Shown here: positions 48,059 through 60,074 of the stretch, one piece after another | How the letters are laid out: every line of letters starts with the position of its first letter | Numbering within the stretch: position 1 is the first letter of the stretch | From: Anaerolineae bacterium | GTDB taxonomy: Bacteria; Chloroflexota; Anaerolineae; Aggregatilineales; Phototrophicaceae | Reading direction: 5' to 3' | Length of the DNA: 64,000 nucleotides | NCBI GenBank assembly: GCA_046328675.1 | Contig: JAXLWC010000001.1 | Location: 1-64,000, forward strand | Made by a program: the position numbers and the translations under genes | The notes under the pieces: generated by a model | Told to the model about the DNA's origin: nothing | Database searches by the model: none | The model's input: only the letters and a program-made list of their open reading frames with translations

Positions 48059-51000
48059 ATGATGGATTTACAACAGCGCCTCGCCGCAGCCGAAAAAGAA
48101 CTTGCGCAGGCAAATGCCCGCATCACAGAATTAGAAGCGCAACTGGCCAATGACACACCTCACCTTTCCGCTTCCGAAACTCTGGACGGGGCTGGGGTGG
48201 AACGGGGCCAACGCGGGGACAGCGCTGCGGAGCTGGAAGAACTCAAGCACAACTTTGATACGCTTCTTGGCCTGAGCAGCGATGGCATTGTGCTGCTCAA
48301 TCCTGAGCAGCGTATCCAGGTGGCGAACGGCAGCTTCATGGAAATGTTTGGGCTGTCAGACGACGATTACATCGACCAGAAACTATCGGCTCTTGTTCAT
48401 ACGGACGATGCCGCCAGCCTGGATACCCTCATCAGCGAGGTAGTAAGCACACGCCAGACACAAAGCAAACAAGTCCGCGCGCGGCACGCCAATGGCACAG
48501 CGTTCGATGTCAAAATCAGTGTCTCTGTATCCAACGTACTGCCAGAGGCCGTAACCAGCCTGGTCTGCGTCATTCAGGGAATAATCCTCAAAGAGACGGA
48601 GCGTACCCTGCGTTACTATGCCAGCCTGCAAGCCAGCGTCAGCGATGCCGTAATTGCCACCGATATGGACTTTCACATCCAAAGCTGGAACCGGGCTGCC
48701 GAAGCGATTTATGGCTGGAGTGAAGCGGAGGTTGTTGGAAAGTCTGCCTCACAGGTCTTGAAGACCGCTTATGAAACGCCCGCAGACCGTGAACGGGCTT
48801 TACAGAACTTTCTGGCGCACGGCTACTGGCAGAGCGAGATCATCCAGTATCGGAAGGATGGCACACCGCTGCACATTCACGCCTCCGTCAATCTGTTCAA
48901 AGATGATAAGGGTGTCCCTTTTGGCGTTGTCTCCGTTAATCGGGACATCACTCAACGTAAGCAGGCTGATACCGCCCTCCAGAAGTGGGCAGCAACTTAC
49001 TATGACCTGTATAACAAAGCGCCCTGTGGCTATCACTCCCTTGATCAGAATGGTGTGATTATCCAGATCAACGACACCGAACTGGATTGGTTAGGTTACA
49101 GTCGTGAAGAAGTCATCGGCCAGCGCAAAATCACAGACTTTTATACCCTCAGAAGTATCGAGATATTTCGCCAGAACTTCTCCGGTTTCAAGGAACGCGG
49201 ATTTGTCTCTGACCTCGAATTTGAACTCATCCGCAGAGATGGCAGTATCATGCCTATTCTGGTGAACAGTTCCGCAGTGTATGACGAGCATGGGGAATAT
49301 CTGAGCAGCCGTTCAGTGGTGCTGGATATAACCGAACTGAAAAAGGCTCAACAGGCGGCCATCGAGAGTGAAGCGCGCTACAGTCTATTGGTGAACAATG
49401 TCCGAGACTACGCCATATTCAGCCTGGACGTGAAGGGGAATATCATCACCTGGAGTCAGGGCGCAGAGTTTATCAAAGGCTACTCAGGGGACGAAATCAT
49501 CGGCAGGAACTTCAGCCTTTTTTACCCGCCTGAAAGATCTTGTCGTGGGGAATGCTCAACGCTTTTGTATTCTTGAACTTGCCGCTTAAAGAGGACAATA
49601 CTCGGGTGAAGGCCGCCGAATTCGCAAAAGATGGAACCGAGTTCTGGGCTGCAATTACGCTTACGGCGCGCTACGACAACGCGGGAAAACTGGTCGGCTT
49701 TTCCAGTAACCCAGGATATTACCAGCCGAAAACAGATTGAAGATGCACTGTACGCGAGCGAGACGCTTTACCCGTCTGCTGGCCGAAAACAGTTCTGATG
49801 TCATCATCCAGGAAATTTGGCCGCTGAATGGAGTCTACGTTTCGCCGTCGGTAATCGTTGCTGGGTTATACCCCCAACGAAGTACTAGGAATCACAATGA
49901 ATGCGTTGATGCATCCGATGATCTCCAGCGGCTCCCGAACAAGGCAGAGGGAGCGCACAACCAACTCCGGTCATCACGATAGGGTGCGACTGCGCCGCAA
50001 GCAGGGGCATATGTCTGGATTGAACGCGTGGGGCGGTACTTGCACGCAGAACACAGCGGCGAGATTGTTGGATTTCGCCATCACTGCGCGATACAGCTGC
50101 ACGGCGAAGGCGCCGGGTCTCTCCGAAAGAGCGAGGCCCTTCTGCACAATGTGCCTGCAAATCCTGCCAGTGGGTATCTGGATAACCGATGAAAACGGTG
50201 TTTATCCGCTTACCAGCAATCGAGGCGGGCGTGAAATCTGGTCAGGAGCCAAATATGTCGGCATTGACCAGTATGGCGATTACAAAGGCTGGTGGTCAAC
50301 GCGTGGCTGGATTCACCCTGACGAGTGGGGAGCAGCCGCGCCATTCAAAGGCGGCATCACTCAACGAGGAGATTGATTGAGTGTTTTTGACGGGACGCAC
50401 AAGTACATTCTCAACTCAGTGATTCCGCTGCGCGATGAGCAGCAAAAAATCCTCGGTGCCATTGTCGTCAATCAGGATATAACCAATATCAAACTATCTG
50501 AAATAAAGCTGAAACAGTCGGCGGAGGCCCTGGCGCGAAGCAACCGCGAACTTCAAACCTTTGTCTACACCGCGTCGCATGATTTGCAGGAGCCGCTGCG
50601 TAAGATTCAGGCATTTGGCGACAGGCTGCACACACGCACTCAGAATACGCTGGATGAACAAGCACAGGATTATCTCAAGCGTATGATTAATGCCGCGAGC
50701 CGAATGCAACTACTGATTGAAGATTTGCTCGTTTATTCCAGAGTGACCACCAAAGGGGATCAGTTTGAGGCGGTTGACTTAAATGCCGTCCTGTCGTCCG
50801 TCGTTGCCGATCTGGAAGTAGCCATTGAGAAAGCGCAGGCGCACATTGAAATTGAGCCGCTAACTTCTATTGAGGCGGATAAATCTCAAATCCATCAGCT
50901 CTTTCAAAACCTGCTCAGCAACGCCATCAAATTCCGCGCACCTGAGCGCGTACCGATCATCCGCGTGGCGGGCCGCTTTGTCCCTGCGCCTGCCGCTGCC

Positions 51001-51235
51001 AGTCAGCCAGCTATGCACTACGAAGTGACCGTTGCGGACAATGGCGATAGTTTTGAGCAGAAATATGCGGAGCAGATATTTGGGATGTTTCAACGTTTGC
51101 ACGAGACACGGCGTATATGAAGGAACGGGCATGAGTTTAGCTACTGTGGTAAGATCATTGAAAGACATCGTGGTACGAATTGTGGCGGTGGTTCTCCTCA
51201 AGGGTGCCACTTTTTGTAGTCACACTTCCAACTAA
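48059..51235 (+). pseudogene. Multi-PAS sensor histidine kinase, intact for about 1.47 kb then frameshifted at least 5 times (about 49530, 49740, 49860, 50190-50380, 51110). HisKA and HATPase_c domains are recognizable
   Basis: The 505-aa ORF holds N-terminal coiled coil plus 3 PAS/PAC modules. The following fragments continue PAS homology (YRLLAENSSDVIIQ; LGYTPNEVLG). HisKA ASHDLQEPLRKI and N/G1 boxes are in ORF 50377..51120. The G2 box (GTGMSLATVVRSLKD...GATF) sits in a shifted frame at 51032..51235. Confidence 0.7.
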
Positions 51236-51249
51236 ACACAGTCAGAACG

Positions 51250-52270
51250 GTGGTTAGACATGACAGCAAAAGATCCATTCTTAATCCTGATGGCCGACGA
51301 TGATGAAGAAGATTGCATGTTAACCAGGAAGCTCTCAAGGAAGGTGGCCGTCTGAATAACCCAATCCGTTTTGTACATGACGGTGAAGACGATGTCTTAT
51401 CTTCATCGACAGGGGATTTCAAAGACGCGCCGCGACACGGTTTGATTTTTGCGCTGACTTGAATATGCCCCGCAAAGTGGCCATGAGGCACTCGCCGAGA
51501 TTAAGTCTGACCCTGTGCTGCGCATGATGCCGGTGATCGTGATGACGACCTCAAAGGAGGAAGAAGACATTTACACCAGCTACAATCTTGGGGCCAATTT
51601 CCTATATCACCAAGCCAGTTACTTTCCAGGCGCGCGAAGATTATCGCGCTTCAACATTACTGGTTCGAGATCGTCAGACTCCTCACAGCAATAAAATGCT
51701 GACCAATTCAACTGACCAGACAATCCGCATCTGCTTGTATGAGCGGCCTTTGATGAAGACGACTTCGTCAATATGCGGGATTTACTGCGTTCCATCGACA
51801 ATTGGACGGTCATCGTGATTGGTGCTCAAAGTATGAAACGGCGCTGGCACAATTGCAGGAGAACCGCCATGATTTGTATCTCCTGGTTCGCCATTGGCCA
51901 ACCCAGCTGGGCTTGACCTGATGATTGAAGCCATAAGCCAGGGCTGCCAGATGCCTTTGTCATCCTGACAGGCGCTGGCAATCGTGAAGTTGACCTGGAA
52001 AGTATGAAACACAGGAGCTCGTTCTATCTCGATAGAATAAGCTCAACTACTATGATTTGGAACGCGCCATATCCGCTACAGTCTGGAACACGCCCGCTTA
52101 ACCAAAACGCTGCAGGAAGTGAACTCACAGTTGGAAGAACGAATCAACCAGCATACCCCGTCCTGCGAAGGCAATGCTCGCTGGAAGCTGAAATTGCCGA
52201 GCACGCCAAAGCCGAGTCTGAACTGCAAACTTTGCGTGCGGAACGTTATTCATGCCGCCGATCAAATTGC
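51250..52270 (+). pseudogene. Response regulator with two receiver (REC) domains and a C-terminal coiled coil, multiply frameshifted
   Basis: MTAKDPFLILMADDDEEDCMLT..., and in other frames ...DGHEALAEIKSDPVLRMMPVIVMTTSKEEEDI...YITKPV... The second REC appears as DEDDFVNMRDLLRSI...FVILTGAGNREVD... No single open frame. Confidence 0.5.
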
Positions 52271-52686
52271 TTGATATCCCCGTACCGCCTTAACCGCACA
52301 GTTGTTGGGCCTGAGATCGCTCAAAGATCGAACCGGAGATTTTCAGGCAGTTTGTAGAGCGCTGCAATTACGGTCTGGAGCAATTCCTCAACAGCTTGTT
52401 TTCATGGTGGAGAATCGCGGACTTCGATGCAGCTTCGTGAAACAGCTGAACAAATGGAGGGGATAGGGCTGACGCCGCGCGATCTGGTGGAAATTCACAA
52501 CGGCGCTGTTGCCTCAAAAAGCAAGTCCGTGAGTCCAGAAAAAGGCCCGCGCCTACATTGAGGAAGGGCGGCTTACCATTTTAGAGCTAATGGGCCATCT
52601 GGCCTCCTACTACCGCAATTTCGTCACGTCCAGATCGCGCAGAATCGGTTTTAACCAGTCGAAGAAGTCATGAGGAAGGGGCACCG

Positions 52687-52984
52687 ATGGCTAGAAAATA
52701 TGTGCTGAAATTATATCACGGGGAAAACACCACGAACCGAAAGTGCGGTTATGATGCTGCGTAAAATTTGTGAGGAGGATTTGAATGGACAATATGAATT
52801 GTCCATCATTGATATTTTGGAACATCCTGGCTCGCAGAGGGTAAATCCTGGCGACACCAACCCTGATTAAAGTACTGCCGCAGCCGCTGCGCCGTATCAT
52901 TGGGGATTTGTCGGACAAAGAGAAGGTCTTGCTTGGACTCGACTTGCACCCGTACACGGATGAAGGAGGTGAGGATGATGCCTA
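52687..52984 (+). pseudogene. kaiB: Circadian-clock protein KaiB homolog, frameshifted at least 3 times
   Basis: Across frames: MARKYVLKLY...[87 protein letters not shown]. This is collinear with KaiB. Confidence 0.6.
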
Positions 52985-54576
52985 ACAGCGCCCCAAACCA
53001 ATGTAAAAAGTGATAACAGGTGTTCCGGGCTTCGATTCGATTGCCGAGGGCGGCCTACCGGAGGGCCGTATGACATTGATCTCAGGTTCAGCGGGCAGCG
53101 GGGAAAACGGTTCTGGCCGCACAGTTTGGCATCCGGCATCCGCGAGGCCAACCAATCGGGCGTTTTGCGCTTTTGAAGAGACACCTGCCGATGTTCGACG
53201 CAATCTTATCGAACTGGGATGGCCATTCACGAATGGGAAGCCCAGTCAAAATGGGCCTTTGTCGATGTTTAGCCCCGGCGACGATACGATAATCGTTGGT
53301 GATTACGTTCAGGGCATTGCTGGCGCGTATCAATGCGATCAAAAAATTGGCGCGCAGCGAATTGCCCTCGACTTTATCAGCGCGATCTTCACCCGCTTTG
53401 CCGATACCCGCATCATCCGGCGTGAACTCCATGGATTTTGGCATCAACACCGACAGCTCGGCATTACTGCCGTGATGACCACCGAACGTACCGAAGAATA
53501 CGGTGAGATTGCGCGCTATGGCGTCGAAGGAATTTGTCGCCGATAATGTCATTATTCTGCGCAACGTTCTGGAAGAAGAAAAACGGCAGCGAACGATTGA
53601 AATCCTCAAGTTCCGAGGCACATCGCACAAAAAAGGCGAAATTTTCCTTCACCATCGTGGCCGATGAAGGCATCATCATCGTACCGCTGTCGGCCATCGA
53701 ACTCCAGCAAAAGTCATCAATGTGCGCATTTCATCAGGCAATGATGATATGGATCCGGATATTAGGCGTTGCGGCGGTTTTTCTTCCGCGACTCGATTAT
53801 TCTGGTGTCAGGCGCAGCAGGAAGACCCGGCAGGAGCGCTGACGAAGCGAATTCTGTGGCGGCAGGAGCAAAAAGCAATGAACGCTGCCTGTTGTTCTCT
53901 ATGAAAGCCGTGACCAACTCTTCCGCAATGCCGGTGGCTGGGGCATCGATTATGAAAAAGATGGTAGAAGATGGTCAACTGCGCGTAATCTGTGCCTATC
54001 CGAAGTCGCCAGCCTGGAGAACCCACCTGATCCAGCATCAAGGCCGAGATTGAAGCCTTTCAGCCACCACGGAGTTGCTATCGACAGCCTGTCAGCCACA
54101 GACGCATTTCAACCTTCAAGAGCTACCGTGAATTTGTGCTCGGCGTGACATCGGTGATCAAAGACCGGAGACGGCAAGGACTGTTCACCTCCACCACACC
54201 CAGCCTGTTGGGTGGCACCTCCATCACCGAAGCCCACATCTCGTCGATTACCGATTCGATCATCATTTTCTGCGCTACGTTGAAATCTTCGGCGAAATGC
54301 GGCGCAGGCTAACCGTGCTCAGATGCGCGGCTCAAGCCATGACAAGTGATCCGCGAATTTGTGATCGACAGTCACGGGATGCATATTGGCGAACCCTTCC
54401 GCAACATTAACGGCATCCTGTCAGGCCATATCGTCCATGCTCGCTCAGGCGGCGATGATCGCCTGGGAGCTATGTTTCAGGATCAGGGAGTAACTAAGTC
54501 GTTGGCCTGGTGGAATGCCAGTGAGTCTGTCCTGTTTTACTGGTCAGGCCTGGTTCGAACGGACTATCGCCCGTAG
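52974..54576 (+). pseudogene. kaiC: KaiC homolog (double RecA-like CI+CII domains), highly similar to cyanobacterial KaiC but interrupted by many frameshifts and stops
   Basis: Strong RBS GAAGGAGG. The start overlaps the kaiB end. CI Walker A in GVPGFDSIAEGGLPEGRMTLISGSAGSGK. Then VMTTERTEEYGEIARYGVE and EFVADNVIILRNVLEEEKRQRTIEILKFRGTSHKKGE. CII fragments LRVICAYPKS, KAEIEAFQP, YVEIFGEMRR and IREFVIDSHGMHIGEPFRNINGILSG follow in KaiC order but in different frames. Confidence 0.75.
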
Positions 54577-54595
54577 CATACGAACGGAACCGGTC

Positions 54596-55020
54596 ATGGC
54601 AGAACCTTCCCAAACGTGGTTTCAGACGATCATTGATGCGGCATCTGATGCCATGCTGGTGGTCGATCATCTGGGCGTGGTGCGCTTTGCCAGCAATGCG
54701 GCCACCGAGCTTTGAACGCGCAGGAAGAATTGCAGGATATTGATTTAGTTCCGGTAGTGGCCGGGGACATCACCGAAATTGACGTGCTGCGCAAAGGATG
54801 GGGCCGCGCCACGCAGAAATGCGCGTGACTCAACTGGCCGATAATGTACAGGCACGGCTTCGCTGCGTGATATTACCGGGCATCAAGCAGTTACAGTATG
54901 AGCTTGAAACCCTGCACTATCTCGTTTCCCATCTGTTTAAGTCGGAAAGCCTGTACGATCTTAGGCGAAAAATCCGCAACGAACTGGCGCGTGCGTTTGT
55001 TCCACAACCCTGCTAATCTG
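54596..55020 (+). pseudogene. Small PAS-domain protein, frameshifted
   Basis: MAEPSQTWFQTIIDAASDAMLVVDHLGVVRFASNAATEL, then stop. PAS-like continuation in other frames (ITEIDVLRK...; EMRVTQLADNVQARLRCVILPGIKQ). Confidence 0.4.
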
Positions 55021-55184
55021 TTCTGATCGATAAAGCTCAAAATCGGGTGCATCCGTTTACCTTCACGGCTGCTGACCAGCTTGAAGGCGGTCATGTCGCT
55101 GACTCTGGACAGCCTCGACACAGTAGCCGAATGCCGCAAGAACGGGCACCACAGGCTCATCGCTGACTTCGCAGCGCAGACACT

Positions 55185-57696
55185 ATGCAACAAAAATCCG
55201 GCGTGCGTTGTGAACTGGTGCATCCGCTGAACTCTATCCGGGGAACTATCCCGGGTCCTCGACCGCTGAAACAGGCATCCCGCTGCGTTTTCTCTGTCGG
55301 TGCAGCGTATCCTCGATGCCTTTGCCGAACGATGCCGCTGCGTGACGAGACTAGCGAAACGCCTGTCCGACGAAGTAAACCGAAATGTTGTCGGTGGAGA
55401 TGCGTGTCGCACAGCGCCGCCGCAACCCTGTCATATGCCAAAGAGCGTGTTGAAGCGATTCTCCGGCAGCACCAGCGTCGTATCGTTCTGCTCAATGCCG
55501 ATGGCAGCATTCAACAGACCAATCCGGCTTTCAGCACTTATTTGGGTATCAGCAGGACGAAGCTGGTGGCATTTCGCTCACCTCGTTGATTCAGCAACGT
55601 CCCCGAAGTCCTTTCGCAGGCTATCTACGAGTCATACGGCAATCTCACGGCTGAAGTTAGTGGGGATTGGCAGAGATCAGCGTTTATACTACGTCGAAAT
55701 GGCGCTGGCACCGATCCTGAAACGCGGAAGCCAACGATATTGGCGTCATATGCAACCTGCGCGATATCGCGGGCGCAAAACGTGCGGAGAGCTGGCCGAG
55801 GAACGCAACTGTCACACCCTCATTGACGCTGTCCCCGATTTTATCTACGCCAAGGATAAACAGCACCGCTTCATTTTGACCAATCGTGCCCATGCCGATG
55901 CACGCGGCCTCAGCAGCCCGGCTGGGATGATGGGCAAAACGGATCGTGACTTCTTCCCGCCGCACCTGGCAGATGAATTCTTTGCCGAAGAACAAAAACT
56001 GCTGCTGAACGGCGTACCGCTTCTCAACCACGAACAGACCTCCCTGGGATATGTCGGCGGCTCAAATTGGGTCATTACAAACAAAGTCCCGCTGAAAAAC
56101 ATCGAAGGCGAAATCATCGGTCTGGTCGGAATCACCCGCGACATCTCGGATCGCAAGCTCGCTGAAGAAGCGCTGCTGGAAAGTGAACAACGCTTCCGCA
56201 ACGCTGTGCTTCACGCGCCATTTCCAATCATGATTCACACCGAAGATGGTGAAGTCCTGCATATCAGTGACATGTGGACCGAAATTACAGGCTATACACA
56301 GGCTGAAATCCCCACGATTAGGGATTGGGCGGAGCGCGCTTATGACCGGGGCAAGGAAGATGTTACTGCGCTCATCAAGAAGATCATGGCACCCGCTGAA
56401 GTGGTCAAAGCGGGCGAATTCGAGATTCATACCAAAGCGGGCGAAAAACACATCTGGGATTTTGTCGCTGCGCCAGTGGGCCATATTGCGGATGGGCGGC
56501 GCATCATTTCTACGATGGCGGTGGATATCACTGACCGCAAGCGGGCGGAAGACGCGCTGCGTGCCAGCGAACAGCGCTTCTATCAGGTCGCTGAAAACTT
56601 TGATCAGGTGCTCTATCTTCAAACCGTAGAAGACGCGCGCCTGTTGTACGTCAATCCGCGCATCGAAACACTGGCCCCCATCGCGCGTGACAGCTTCTAT
56701 ATCGGGGAAAACGTGCTGATGTCCTTATTTCACCCCGATGATGTGCAGATGCTGATGCAGAAACTGGGAACGCGCGAATACATTGAAGAGGACTCCATTG
56801 ACGTTGAGCTTCGCCTGTTGCAGTCCACGCATCAGCTTCGCTGGGTTAGGCTGAGAACGTTCCCCATCAGGGATGAGCATGGAGTCATGCAGTTGCGCGC
56901 AGGCACACTGGAAGACATCACCGAACGCAAAGCGGCGCAGGATGCCCTGCTAAAGGCCTTCGACAAGGAAAAAGAGTTGAATGAGCTGAAAACGCGCTTC
57001 GTGTCAATGGCTTCACATGAATTCCGCACACCCCTGGCGGGCATTCTGGCTACCGTGGAGACGCTCAAGGCCTACCGTCACCGCATGACCAATGAACAAA
57101 TCGACCTGAAGTTTGATAATATCAACAACCGCATCGACCATTTAACCATGCTGACCAACGATGTCCTTCAACTGACACGTATGCAGTCCAAGCGCATTAC
57201 CGTGAACATGGCCCCTCTCCAGCTTGACGCACAGTGCCGCATCCTGCTGGACGAATTTCAGGCTCGGCCAGACCTGAAGCATGAGTTGGTCTATACGTGT
57301 AACGATCCGGCACGCTGGATAACGCTCGACAGCAAATTGATCCAACAGATTCTGACCAATCTGATTTCCAATGCTATCAAATATTCCCCGGATGCCGATA
57401 CAGTCTTCATAGACCTCCACTACACCGATACGCAGGTGACAATCACCGTCCGCGATATAGGGATTGGCATTCCTGAAGCCGATTTCAAACATCTTTTTGA
57501 ACCCTTTCATCGGGCAGGGAACGTGGGGGCCATTGCCGGCACAGGATTAGGGCTGGTCATCACCAAGGAGGCTGTTGAAGTTCAAGGCGGTACCATTACT
57601 GTTGAAAGTGAAGTTGGACAAGGGACAACCTTTTTTATCACATTCCCAACTCAAAGCCAGGGAGTAGCTCACGATGAAGAAGATCCTCGTAATTGA
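55185..57696 (+). pseudogene. PAS-PAS-PAS sensor histidine kinase. The first ~600 bp are frameshifted (at least 3 shifts up to about 55790); the remaining ~1.9 kb are intact, including HisKA and HATPase_c
   Basis: Upstream PAS fragment in ORF 55185..55589 (ERVEAILRQHQRRIVLLNADGSIQQTNPAFSTYLGISRTKLV). From LAEERNCHTLIDAVPDFIYAKDKQ onward there is one frame with three PAS modules. H-box MASHEFRTPLAGIL. N, G1 and G2 boxes (NLISNAIKYS; RDIGIGIPE; GTGLGLVITKEAVEVQGGTITVES). Confidence 0.7.
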
Positions 57697-58774
57697 AGAT
57701 GATTCCTATATTCGTCAGGAGGTGGTTGAGTGGCTTCAGTTTGAAAACTTTGAGGTCATTAGTGCCTCCAACGGCCACGATGGCATCGCGCTTGGTCTTG
57801 AACACCTCCCTGACTTGGTCATCTGCGATATTGTCATGCCGCGTGGCGATGGCTATCACGTTCTGCTGGAACTGCGTCGCCATCCGTCGCTGATGTTAGT
57901 GCCGATGATTTTTGTGACGGCTAAAGAAGAGCGACCTGACTTGCATTTCGCCATGGCACCCGGCATGGAAGACTACATCACGAAACCCTTCACCCGTGAA
58001 GCTATCCTGCAAGCTGTCCATCACCATCTGGAACAAGAAGCGACCCTGCACGATTTGATGGATACCCAAGGCACTGGGGCAGGGCGGGCGCTCTTGTATA
58101 GCTTGCCCCATGAACTCGGCATCCCGCTGATTAGTATCCTCAGCATCGGTGAAATACTGAGTGAACAGGCCAAGACCTTGCAAGCCAAAGAACTCGCCGA
58201 ACTTGGCACGATGCTGACGTTGAGCGCTCAACGTCTGGATCGTTTCATCAAGAATTTCCTGCTGTACATTCAAATGACTGATTATCACGGCAAGCAGATT
58301 ACACCTGAAAATGAACCGCTGTTAACGGCGCAGCAGGTCGGAAGCACCATCGAAGACGTTTGCAGGTATGTGGCATCTCAGTACCACAGAATCGAAGACC
58401 TGCATATGGTCATGAAACCAAAACCTATCAGAATCAATCTGGACAGGCTGCGCATCATTGTCTATGAAATCGTTGATAATGCCTTCAAGTTTTCAAAGCT
58501 GTCGCAAACCGTCCTGATCATAGGTCAGGCTGAGGGTGAAGTCTTTATTCTAAAGATCACAGACCTCGGACGCGGCATAAGCACGCAGAACCTCAGCCAA
58601 ATCGGAGCCTTTCAACAGTTTGATCGCGAAGCACAGGAACATCGCGGGTTGGGACTCGGCCTGACAATCGTGCGCTGGTTAGTTGAACAAAGTAAGGGCA
58701 CGCTGACGATTGAAAGTATTCCAAATCGTGGGACGACAGTACGAGTCGAACTCATGACAGACCTGCTGCGCTGA
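57674..58774 (+). CDS. Hybrid response regulator: REC domain followed by a histidine kinase (HisKA-like plus HATPase_c)
   Basis: REC in MKKILVIEDDSYIRQ...DLVICDIVMPRGDGYHVLLELRRHP...FVTAK. H-box-like LPHELGIPLISIL. ATPase boxes IVDNAFKFS, DLGRGIS and GLGLGLTIVRWLVEQSKGTLTIES. 23-nt overlap with the upstream kinase gene. Confidence 0.8.
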   Translation: MKKILVIEDDSYIRQEVVEWLQFENFEVISASNGHDGIALGLEHLPDLVICDIVMPRGDGYHVLLELRRHPSLMLVPMIFVTAKEERPDLHFAMAPGMEDYITKPFTREAILQAVHHHLEQEATLHDLMDTQGTGAGRALLYSLPHELGIPLISILSIGEILSEQAKTLQAKELAELGTMLTLSAQRLDRFIKNFLLYIQMTDYHGKQITPENEPLLTAQQVGSTIEDVCRYVASQYHRIEDLHMVMKPKPIRINLDRLRIIVYEIVDNAFKFSKLSQTVLIIGQAEGEVFILKITDLGRGISTQNLSQIGAFQQFDREAQEHRGLGLGLTIVRWLVEQSKGTLTIESIPNRGTTVRVELMTDLLR

Positions 58775-58942
58775 ACGATGCGTGCTGCTATTATCTCCAC
58801 TTGAAACGGTAAACACAGCGCTGTTATGACGAGTATCGTCCGAAACGGCCACGCGGCTGTCTCTGTAGCCAGCGTAAACGCTGCATCAGATTGAGGCTCA
58901 GTCGAACCTGTGAAGCCGTCGTCCTCTGCGTACATCCTGTCG

Positions 58943-60049
58943 CTACGCCAGCAGTTCATCCGCCAGCCCAAAGGACAGCGTCATCCCCGCCCCACTCAGC
59001 GCATTCACAATCGTTACGCCGGGCTGCGGGGTCAGTACCAGTTCCGTCTTTCCCTTAATCAGCGGATAAATTCCATGCCAGCGTTCGCCAATCTCAAAGG
59101 TCGGTGCCTGTGCAAAACGCCGCAGATAATCGAGGATCGCCTGATTGATGTCCTCGCGGTCAAAGGGGTCGAACACCATTCCGTATTCATGATGATCGCC
59201 GATGGTCAGTTCACCGCGCGCTGTCTGTGCCAGCAGCACATGGATGTCCTGCTCCATGTAAAAGGGCAGTTCACGTTCGTAACGCTGGCGTAACGCTGGC
59301 AGAGAAGGGCAGTCGGCAAACGAATCGTAGCGTGCCAGCGTCAGCCCGCCGCACAGATGCGGCCCAAGCTGCCAGCCGTCAGGTTGTGGCACAGTGCGCA
59401 TCATCTGCAATTTACAGCGCAGGATGCCGCTGGCGGCGAATTCCTGCGGATACAGCGTCTCGAAGTCTGCGCCGCTGCACACAAAGACCCGTTCTGCCTG
59501 CCAGGTGCCAGCGCTGGTTATAACATCAGGGAAGGAAATCGCGTTGACCAGCGTACCAAAGTGCAGTTCGACGCCGTAGGTGTCTGCCAGCCAGGTCGGG
59601 ATTTCGCGAATCGCCTGCCGGGGATCGACGTTCAACTCGGTGCTGCTCCACAGCGCGCCTTGCAGCCCGTCAAAGTTCACAGCCTGACTTTTGCCAGCCA
59701 CTTCATCAGGCGTCAGCAGTTGGCAGTAGTCGCGCGCTTCGGGAAAACATCGGAACAATTCTTCCAGCACCGCCATCTCATCGGCAGCATACGCCAGATG
59801 CAGCGAACCATTCTCACGACACCACAAGCCTGCGCTGCGGCAGATTTCCAGCCAGATTTCACGACTCTTTAAAGCACGCTGAAACAGTTTACCGTATTTG
59901 CCCACAGGCCAGATTTGCCCGAAATTACGAATGGACGCGCCTACCGCACGCTCAGTCCGTTCAAACAGCGCCACCTTGAAGCCGCGCCGCGCCGCCGCAT
60001 ACGCATGTGCCAGCCCGACAATGCCTGCGCCGACCACAATCACATCCAT
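58943..60049 (-). CDS. FAD-dependent oxidoreductase of the glycine/D-amino-acid-oxidase type, the kind found next to aminophosphonate genes
   Basis: MDVIVVGAGIVGLAHAY dinucleotide-binding motif, and DAO-family homology across 368 aa. GGAGGA RBS. Lies immediately downstream of phnX. Confidence 0.7.
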   Translation of the reverse strand: MDVIVVGAGIVGLAHAYAAARRGFKVALFERTERAVGASIRNFGQIWPVGKYGKLFQRALKSREIWLEICRSAGLWCRENGSLHLAYAADEMAVLEELFRCFPEARDYCQLLTPDEVAGKSQAVNFDGLQGALWSSTELNVDPRQAIREIPTWLADTYGVELHFGTLVNAISFPDVITSAGTWQAERVFVCSGADFETLYPQEFAASGILRCKLQMMRTVPQPDGWQLGPHLCGGLTLARYDSFADCPSLPALRQRYERELPFYMEQDIHVLLAQTARGELTIGDHHEYGMVFDPFDREDINQAILDYLRRFAQAPTFEIGERWHGIYPLIKGKTELVLTPQPGVTIVNALSGAGMTLSFGLADELLA

Positions 60050-60074
60050 ACCTGGGTTTGCTCACGGCATCCTC

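Noticed and set aside
54545-54570. GGTTCGAAC, resembling a tRNA T-loop
   Set aside because: There is no acceptor or anticodon-stem complementarity around it, and it lies inside KaiC-homologous coding sequence.
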